DNA of 64,000 nt from assembly GCA_944326765.1 (NCBI GenBank), contig CALVFE010000002.1, positions 4,058-68,057 on the forward strand. Direction: 5' to 3'. The position numbers and the translations under genes were made by a program. Below are positions 57,827-64,000 of the stretch, in pieces (position 1 is the stretch's first letter; each line of letters opens with the position of its first letter). Source of the stretch: an uncultured Elusimicrobiales bacterium (lineage in GTDB: Bacteria > Elusimicrobiota > Elusimicrobia > Elusimicrobiales > Elusimicrobiaceae). Below the pieces are notes generated by a model that did not search any database, was not told the DNA's origin, and saw only the letters and a list, made by a program, of their open reading frames with translations.

Positions 57827-58876
57827 ATGAGCAATGTATCTATGAAAGCCATGCTGGAAGCCGGCGTGCATTTTGGGCACCAGACTTCCCGCTGGAACCC
57901 CAAAATGGGACGCTTTATTTTTGGAGAAAGAAACGGCGTCCATATCTTAGACTTACAAAAAACCGCCAAAGAACTGAAAAAAGCCTGTGCTTTTATTAAA
58001 GAAGAAAGCAAAAAAGGTTCCAAATTTTTGTTCGTCGGCACGAAAAAACAGGCCCAAGAAGCCATTCAAACTGAAGCAGCCCGCTGCGGCGCTTACTGCA
58101 TTCACGAAAAATGGCTCGGCGGAACCCTGACCAACTTCCAAACCGTAAAAAAATCGGTTGAAAGACTTAATGAATTGGAAAAATGGGAATCCTCGGGCGT
58201 TTTCAAAGCCATCTCTAAAAAAGAAGCCAGCCGCTTAACCAAAGAAATGCTTCGCCTGCAGAAACTGTTGGGCGGAATCCGCGAAATGAAAGTTTTGCCG
58301 GATGTGGTGTTCGTGATTGACCCGGTGGATACCGCCGGCGCCGTGCGCGAATCCCATGCGTTGGGAATCCCGGTGGTAGCTGTGTGCGACACCAACGCCG
58401 ATCCCGATATGATCAGCGTACCGATACCCGGTAACGACGATGCCGCCCGCTCCATTAAATTGTTCTGCGCCGCGATTGCGGATTCCATCTTGGAAGGCAA
58501 AGCCGAAGTGGAAGCCGTCAAAACCGCTGAAGAACAACCGGCCGAAAACCCGGTAATGGCGCAAGCTTTTGAATCGGCGATGCTCGCGGCCGAAAACGCC
58601 GAACCGGCCGCCGTGGAAGAAGTGGCCGCGGAAGAAACAGTAAAAGCCGACGAAGCCGTCAACGAAGAAGCCAAAGAAGCGGTGGCGGAAGAAACCGAAG
58701 AAGTAAAAGAAGAAAAAACCGCCAAAAAGAAAACGGCCGCCAAAAAACCGGCCGCCAAAAAGACGACTGCTTCTAAAGCCAAAAAAACCGTAAAAGCCAA
58801 AGCGAAAGCCGAAGCTGAAACGGAAGAACCGAAAGCCGAAGCCAAAGAAGAAGCTCCGGCCGAAGAAGCCAAATAA
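57827..58876 (+). CDS. rpsB: 30S ribosomal protein S2 with long C-terminal extension
   Basis: [35 protein letters not shown]. Confidence 0.97.
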   Translation: MSNVSMKAMLEAGVHFGHQTSRWNPKMGRFIFGERNGVHILDLQKTAKELKKACAFIKEESKKGSKFLFVGTKKQAQEAIQTEAARCGAYCIHEKWLGGTLTNFQTVKKSVERLNELEKWESSGVFKAISKKEASRLTKEMLRLQKLLGGIREMKVLPDVVFVIDPVDTAGAVRESHALGIPVVAVCDTNADPDMISVPIPGNDDAARSIKLFCAAIADSILEGKAEVEAVKTAEEQPAENPVMAQAFESAMLAAENAEPAAVEEVAAEETVKADEAVNEEAKEAVAEETEEVKEEKTAKKKTAAKKPAAKKTTASKAKKTVKAKAKAEAETEEPKAEAKEEAPAEEAK

Positions 58877-58885
58877 CTCTTGTGT

Positions 58886-58913
58886 GAAAGTTCCCGGCTG
58901 GCCGGGAACTTTC
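58886..58913 (+). other. Intergenic hairpin between rpsB and tsf (no U tail)
   Basis: GAAAGTTCCCGG-ctgg-CCGGGAACTTTC. Confidence 0.7.
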
Positions 58914-58946
58914 CCCTCGGATTTAACCTTTATATAGGAGAAGAAA

Positions 58947-59771
58947 ATGTCTTTAGCTGAAAATATCAAAATCCTTAGAGAAAAAACCGGTGCGGGTTTA
59001 ATGGACTGCAAAAAAGCCCTGCTGGAATGCAAAGACGATATGGAACAAGCCATCGTTTTCTTGCGTAAAAAAGGATTGGCGGATATGGCCAAACGCTCCG
59101 ACCGCGAAACCAAAGAAGGTCGTGTTTCCGTCAAAACCGACGGCAAAAACTATGCCATGATTTACCTGGGCTGCGAAACCGACTTTGTAGCCAAAACCGA
59201 CGCTTTCATCAAACTGGCCGACGACTTGGCCCAATACGTCTTGGAACACCCCGGTTTGGATTATGCCAATGATGAACACATTAAAGCCATGATCACCGAA
59301 CAAGCCCCCAAATTCGGCGAAAATACCACCTTCAAAGGCGGTTACAACTGGACTCCGGCCGAAGGCAGCGTCATGGCGTATTACATTCACTCCGACAATA
59401 AAAAAGCTTCCGTATTGGAACTGGCCGTTGCCGGCAGCGCCAAAGACGCGGAAAAAGTCAAAGAAATCGCCCGCGGCTTAGCCATGCACACCGTCGGTAT
59501 GCAAAGCGGCTGGGTAGATGCCAAAGATATTCCGCAGGCCGTTATTGACCGCGAATTGGACATCTACAAAACGCAGGCCATCAACGAAGGCAAACCGGCC
59601 GCGGCCATTGAAAAAATGCTGCCCGGCAAAGTCAAAAAGTTTGCCAAAGAAAACTGCCTTTTGGAACAGCCGACCATTAAAGACAACAAAAAAACCGTTG
59701 CCGATTATCTGGCCGAAGAATCTAAGGCGCTTGGTTGTGAACTGAAAGTGGTTCGTTTCGTTCGCTTCTAA
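58947..59771 (+). CDS. tsf: Elongation factor Ts
   Basis: LREKTGAGLMDCKKAL, CETDFVAK, KVVRFVRF. Confidence 0.97.
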   Translation: MSLAENIKILREKTGAGLMDCKKALLECKDDMEQAIVFLRKKGLADMAKRSDRETKEGRVSVKTDGKNYAMIYLGCETDFVAKTDAFIKLADDLAQYVLEHPGLDYANDEHIKAMITEQAPKFGENTTFKGGYNWTPAEGSVMAYYIHSDNKKASVLELAVAGSAKDAEKVKEIARGLAMHTVGMQSGWVDAKDIPQAVIDRELDIYKTQAINEGKPAAAIEKMLPGKVKKFAKENCLLEQPTIKDNKKTVADYLAEESKALGCELKVVRFVRF

Positions 59772-59775
59772 TTTA

Positions 59776-59805
59776 AAGCCCCTCCTCAGCGAGGGGCTTC
59801 TTTTT
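59776..59805 (+). terminator. tsf terminator
   Basis: AAGCCCCTC...GAGGGGCTTCTTTTT. Confidence 0.8.
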
Positions 59806-59921
59806 ATGCCGATAGACCAAACGCTCTGTCCGCCGGTATAAGAAGAAGCCTGCCGCTAAGCGTAGCGAACACGGCGGTTTTGTGCTACAATAATAAAAAC
59901 CAATGTGAGAGAGGTTCCCTT

Positions 59922-60659
59922 ATGGAAACGTGCTGCCCATCTAAAAGCTGCCATGCTAAAAAAAGAGTGTTGCTGAAATTATCCGGCGAGGCCTTAATCA
60001 ACGAAGGCAGCCGCGGTATTAATCCGCAGGCACTTAAAGAAATTGCCGTAGAAATTGCCGACGCTTACCGCTGCGGCAACTGCGAGCTGACCATTGTTTT
60101 GGGCGGCGGCAATATCTGGCGCGGCGTGCGCGACGGAGGCGGCGTGATTGACCGCGTCAATTCCGACAATATGGGTATGCTGGCCACCCTCATCAATGCC
60201 TTGGCTTTGCAGTCTGCGCTGGAAGAAGCGGGCGTTCCCACCCGGGTGCTTACCTCCATTAACATTTATCAGCTGGCGGAACCGTTTGTGCGGCGCAAAG
60301 CGCTGCGCCATTTGGAAAAAGGCCGCATCGTCATCTTTGCCGGCGGTACGGGAAACCCCTTCTTTACTACCGACAGCGCCGCTGCACTGCGCGCTTCGGA
60401 AATCAACGCGGACGTTCTTCTAAAAGCCACGCAGGTGGACGGCGTCTATGACAGCGACCCCAAAAAAAATCCCGACGCCCAACTGATTCACAAAATCACT
60501 TACAAAGAAGCCATCGCCAAGCAACTGCAATTTATGGATACCGCCGCTCTGGCTTTGTGCTTGGAAAATAAAGTGCCTGTGCAAGTATTTAATCTGCATA
60601 AAAAAGGCAATATCAAAAAAGCCCTCTGCGGTGAAGACGTAGGCACGATTATCTATTAA
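59922..60659 (+). CDS. pyrH: UMP kinase
   Basis: RVLLKLSGEAL, GGGNIWRG, GTGNPFFTTDSAAALRA; GAGGT SD before ATG 59922. Confidence 0.97.
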   Translation: METCCPSKSCHAKKRVLLKLSGEALINEGSRGINPQALKEIAVEIADAYRCGNCELTIVLGGGNIWRGVRDGGGVIDRVNSDNMGMLATLINALALQSALEEAGVPTRVLTSINIYQLAEPFVRRKALRHLEKGRIVIFAGGTGNPFFTTDSAAALRASEINADVLLKATQVDGVYDSDPKKNPDAQLIHKITYKEAIAKQLQFMDTAALALCLENKVPVQVFNLHKKGNIKKALCGEDVGTIIY

Positions 60660-60666
60660 TTTCCCC

Positions 60667-60706
60667 AAACCGCCCAAAGAAAAAATTTTCTTTGGGCGGT
60701 TTTTTT
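60667..60706 (+). terminator. pyrH terminator
   Basis: AAACCGCCCAAAGAAAA...TTTTCTTTGGGCGGTTTTTTT. Confidence 0.85.
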
Positions 60707-60978
60707 ATATTTTACCGCGAAACCTTGCGGCCGCTTAACGTTTCTTTTATGACGGACATCTTTATTGTTCGTGGGCAGGACTCCCATTTTTTTACAAGCA
60801 AAAAATCTTTTAAAAAACAATTCAAACGCGCCGCGTCGCCGCCCTCTCGCCCCTTATCGCTCAGATGTTGTACCGATGGACTTAATATCCATACCGGGCG
60901 TGCTTGTGCCGTCATATCCGCGCAAAACGCGCCAGAATTGCTATAATAAAATAACATTCACATACGAGGAATTATATT

Positions 60979-61542
60979 ATGGAAGGCATCAACAACCTTT
61001 TAAGCAAAACGAAAACCAATATGGCCGAACACGTCTCCCGCTTGGAACGCGATTTGGCCACCATTCGCACCGGCCGCGCGAGCGCGGGTCTGTTGGAAAA
61101 TATACGCGTAGAATATTATGGTACGCCCACCCCAATCAAACAAATGGCCATCATCAATGTATTGGACGCCAAAACCTTGGAAATTCAACCCTGGGACATC
61201 AGCTCCATCAACGACATTGACAAAGCTCTTCAGAAGGCCGACTTGGGCGCCAGTCCGGTAAACGACGGCAAAGTAATCCGCATTACCCTGCCTTCTATGA
61301 CCGAAGACCGCCGCAAACAGTTGGCTAAAAACATCTCCAAAATGAGCGAAGATTTTAAAGTAGCCGTACGCAACGAACGCCGCGACGTGATTGAAAAACT
61401 CAAAAAAGCGCAAAAAGCGGCTGAAATTACCGAAGACGATTTGAAGCGTTATGAAGCGGACGTTCAAAAAACGACCGATGCTCATATCGCTAAAATCGAC
61501 CAAGTGATTAAAGCGAAAGAAACGGAAATTATGAAGATTTAG
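60979..61542 (+). CDS. frr: Ribosome recycling factor
   Basis: IRTGRAS, VEYYGTPTP, TEDRRK, VRNERRD. Confidence 0.97.
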   Translation: MEGINNLLSKTKTNMAEHVSRLERDLATIRTGRASAGLLENIRVEYYGTPTPIKQMAIINVLDAKTLEIQPWDISSINDIDKALQKADLGASPVNDGKVIRITLPSMTEDRRKQLAKNISKMSEDFKVAVRNERRDVIEKLKKAQKAAEITEDDLKRYEADVQKTTDAHIAKIDQVIKAKETEIMKI

Positions 61543-61557
61543 TATCGGTTTCTTTAT

Positions 61558-61589
61558 AAACCCCGTCCTTGCGGCGGGGTTTTTCTTTT
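61558..61589 (+). terminator. frr terminator
   Basis: AAACCCCGTC...GGCGGGGTTTTTCTTTT. Confidence 0.8.
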
Positions 61590-61620
61590 CTGAAAAAGCC
61601 AAAAAAGCTAAAATATCTGT

Positions 61621-62319
61621 ATGAGTGAAACTCCCGCAAATCCCGTTCCGCAGCATGTTGCCATTATTATGGACGGCAACGGCCGCTGGGCCAAAGAACG
61701 CCGTCTGCCCCGGTTGGCGGGGCATAATGCCGGCGCAAAAGCCGTGGAGCGCACCCTAAAAGCCGCGCAAAAAGCGGGAGTAAAAATTCTTACGCTCTAT
61801 GCCTTTTCCACGGAAAATTGGGCTCGCCCCGCGGATGAAATAGACGGCCTGTTTAAACTTTTAGAGCAAACGTTGTCCCGTTATACCAAAGAAGCCGAAA
61901 AATATGGTATTCGCCTGTTGGTAAGCGGCGCAAAAGAACCGCTCCCCCCTTCCGTATTAGAAAAAATAGAATATGCCGTAACTTCCACAGCGGCACATAG
62001 CAGTTTCACACTTAATCTGGCACTCAATTACGGCGCGCGGCAAGAAATTGTACACGCCGTTAACGCCCTTTTGCGGGAAGGGAAAAAAGAAATTACCATG
62101 CAGGATATTTCCCAACACCTTTACCAACCCGATCTGCCGGATCCGGAACTCATTATCCGCACTTCGGGCGAAGAACGGCTTTCCAATTTTTTATTATGGC
62201 AGGCGGCATACAGCGAATTTTATTTCTCTCCCGTATTATGGCCGGATTTTGACGAAGCCGAATTTGAAAAGTCCATCGCCGCCTATCGCACGCGCAAACG
62301 GCGCTTTGGAGGCGTATGA
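61621..62319 (+). CDS. uppS: Undecaprenyl diphosphate synthase
   Basis: HVAIIMDGNGRWA, YAFSTENW.RP, IRTSGEERLSNFLLWQ, RRFGG. Confidence 0.97.
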   Translation: MSETPANPVPQHVAIIMDGNGRWAKERRLPRLAGHNAGAKAVERTLKAAQKAGVKILTLYAFSTENWARPADEIDGLFKLLEQTLSRYTKEAEKYGIRLLVSGAKEPLPPSVLEKIEYAVTSTAAHSSFTLNLALNYGARQEIVHAVNALLREGKKEITMQDISQHLYQPDLPDPELIIRTSGEERLSNFLLWQAAYSEFYFSPVLWPDFDEAEFEKSIAAYRTRKRRFGGV

Positions 62320-63032
62320 CAGACGCTGTTACCCGTTCTCGTTGTGAAGAAATGCTCAAGCGCATTAAACGCTTTTCATCTCCTGCGTTTAAAAAGCAAA
62401 TGAGCGAAAGATTTGGCATCTGTACCGAAAAAGCCATCGGCACGCCGGTTACGACTTTGCGCCTGTTGGTAAAAGGACTGCCGCGCCCGGATCAGGAACT
62501 GGCGGAAGCGTTGTGGGATACCGGCATACACGAAGCGCGCATTACCGCCTCTATGCTGGCAGATCCCGCCCAAATGACGCGCGAAAAATTGGACGTATGG
62601 GCAAAGGAATTAAACTCGTGGGATATCTGCGATTTGTGCTGCAACAATCTGTTTGCCAAGGTAAAAAATCCGTTAAAACTGGCCGAACGCTGGATTAAAC
62701 GCGAAGAAGAATTTACCCGCCGCGCCGGGTTTGCCATTATCTGCACGCTGGCCGCCCCCCGTGCCAAAACCAAAGACGAAGAACTAATAAAACTTTTGCC
62801 GCTTATCAAAAACCACGCGTGCGATCCGCGGCCTATGGTATATAAAGCGGTCAACTGGGCGCTTCGCAACATCGGCAAGAAAAACCCCCGCCTTACCCCC
62901 AAAGCCATTGCCTGCGCCGAAGAAATTTTAGATCTGTATGCGGATAATAAATCCGCCCGTTGGGTAGCTTCCAACGCCTTGTGGGAATTAAAAAGCCCCA
63001 AAACCAAAGCCATGGTGGCCAAACGAAAATGA
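62316..63032 (+). CDS. DNA alkylation repair enzyme (AlkD-like HEAT-repeat glycosylase family)
   Basis: LWDTGIHEAR, NSWDICD, EFTRRAG, VYKAVNWALRNIGK. Confidence 0.85.
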   Translation: MTDAVTRSRCEEMLKRIKRFSSPAFKKQMSERFGICTEKAIGTPVTTLRLLVKGLPRPDQELAEALWDTGIHEARITASMLADPAQMTREKLDVWAKELNSWDICDLCCNNLFAKVKNPLKLAERWIKREEEFTRRAGFAIICTLAAPRAKTKDEELIKLLPLIKNHACDPRPMVYKAVNWALRNIGKKNPRLTPKAIACAEEILDLYADNKSARWVASNALWELKSPKTKAMVAKRK

Positions 63033-63547
63033 CAATTCCGCTCATCCGCCCGGCGCAACCTCAAGATCTCCCGCGCATTCAACAAATTATCCGCGCGGCC
63101 AAGACGCTCTTGCTCAGCCGCCATGTAGACCAATGGCAAGACGGCTACCCGGACGAAACCGTCCTGCAGGACGACCTCGCCCGCGGCAAAGGCTACGCCG
63201 TGGAAACCAACGGAGAAGTCCACGGTTATTTTGCGCTTTCTTTTGAAGACGAAGAACCTTATCGCGTCATCACGGAAGGCGCGTGGCTGACAGACGGACA
63301 TTATTCCGTACTGCACCGTTTGGCGCTTACCGAAACCCTGCGCGGAACGGGCGCCGCCGACCGCATTTTAGACTTTTGGGAACAGCAAACCCGCAAGCAA
63401 GCCTTCCGTTCACTCCGCGCCGATACGCACCCCCAAAACCATCCGGTGCGGCATCTGCTGCAGCACCACGGGTTTACCGATTGCGGCATTATTTTTGTGC
63501 GCAAAAGCCAAGCCCGGCACGCGTTTGAAAAAGTGTTGCCGTTCTAG
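63029..63547 (+). CDS. GNAT family acetyltransferase
   Basis: IRPA..DL, DQWQDGYP, HRLA....RGTG, ADTHPQN, GF..CG; ATGA overlap with the previous gene. Confidence 0.85.
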   Translation: MTIPLIRPAQPQDLPRIQQIIRAAKTLLLSRHVDQWQDGYPDETVLQDDLARGKGYAVETNGEVHGYFALSFEDEEPYRVITEGAWLTDGHYSVLHRLALTETLRGTGAADRILDFWEQQTRKQAFRSLRADTHPQNHPVRHLLQHHGFTDCGIIFVRKSQARHAFEKVLPF

Positions 63548-63594
63548 CTTGTTTTTCTCAAGATAAAACCGTCTAAATATAGTAAAATAAAAAT

Positions 63595-64000
63595 ATGTTA
63601 CTACCCAGAATTTTAACTGCCCTGATCGGGGTTCCCGTTATTTTGGCCGCCATCCATTTTGGCGGCGTGATTTACATGGCCTTTGTAGGCGCTGTAATTC
63701 TGCTGTGTCTGTATGAATACGGACTGGTGCTCACCGCCGGCAAAAAACCGGTGAATATGCCCAGCCTGTTGATTTTCGGCCTGCTGATGGCCGTCGTAGC
63801 CATACTGGGGCGCACCCCGGCCGAAATGTTGGATCTGCCGGATAATCTTTATCCGTTTTCCATCAGCGTAGTTATTTTCGGAACGCTTTTGGTGGAAGTG
63901 CTGACCCCTAAACGCTCTTGGGATCGGGTCTGCAATACTTTTACGGGCGTGTTTTTAATTCCGTGGTCGCTGGCGCATTTAATCAACCTGCGCGATATTC
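63595..64000 (+). CDS. cdsA: Phosphatidate cytidylyltransferase, N-terminal part (runs off window end)
   Basis: Hand translation MLLPRILTALIGVPVILAAIHFGG...LYEY; hydrophobic; canonical position after uppS. Confidence 0.8.
   Translation, partial: MLLPRILTALIGVPVILAAIHFGGVIYMAFVGAVILLCLYEYGLVLTAGKKPVNMPSLLIFGLLMAVVAILGRTPAEMLDLPDNLYPFSISVVIFGTLLVEVLTPKRSWDRVCNTFTGVFLIPWSLAHLINLRDI

Noticed and set aside
58102-59390. Long antisense ORFs over rpsB/tsf, and similar shadows over frr, mnmE and alkD
   Set aside because: These are shadow frames produced by strong codon bias and low-complexity sequence in real genes.
1-64000. CRISPR arrays, IS elements, rRNA
   Set aside because: No regularly spaced repeats, transposase motifs or rRNA signatures were seen by eye.

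Overview
This 64 kb window is mostly core chromosome from a Gram-negative-type bacterium, most likely Elusimicrobiota (Elusimicrobium-like). That assignment is an inference from the style of the orphan type IV pilin and the gene content. The window contains gmk-rpoZ-udg-priA, tyrS-mltG, an ArsR/P1B-ATPase metal-efflux pair, and a long minus-strand run mnmE-mnmG-rsmG-peptidase-rsmH-ftsL-ftsI-murF-mraY-ftsW-murG. It also holds rpmH-rnpA-yidD-yidC-jag (no adjacent dnaA), recO, glyQS, lipA, hisS-aspS, tRNA-Ala(CGC), asnS, yceD-rpmF-plsX-fabG-acpP-rnc, nadE, rpsB-tsf-pyrH-frr-uppS-cdsA, and several lineage-specific secreted hypothetical proteins. I saw no CRISPR array, transposase, integrase or phage genes. 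The standout is a ~480-nt non-coding, G/U-rich, heavily base-paired transcription unit at ~34171-34650 with its own promoter and terminator. It lacks the hallmarks of RNase P RNA, tmRNA, SRP or introns, so it is a candidate undescribed large ncRNA. Other signals: ten genes with leaderless-type promoters, an SD-sequestering hairpin plus mini-ORF before yidC, a shared operator upstream of two secreted orphans, a paralog pair with a helical repeat, and degenerate catalytic motifs in PriA and NadE.
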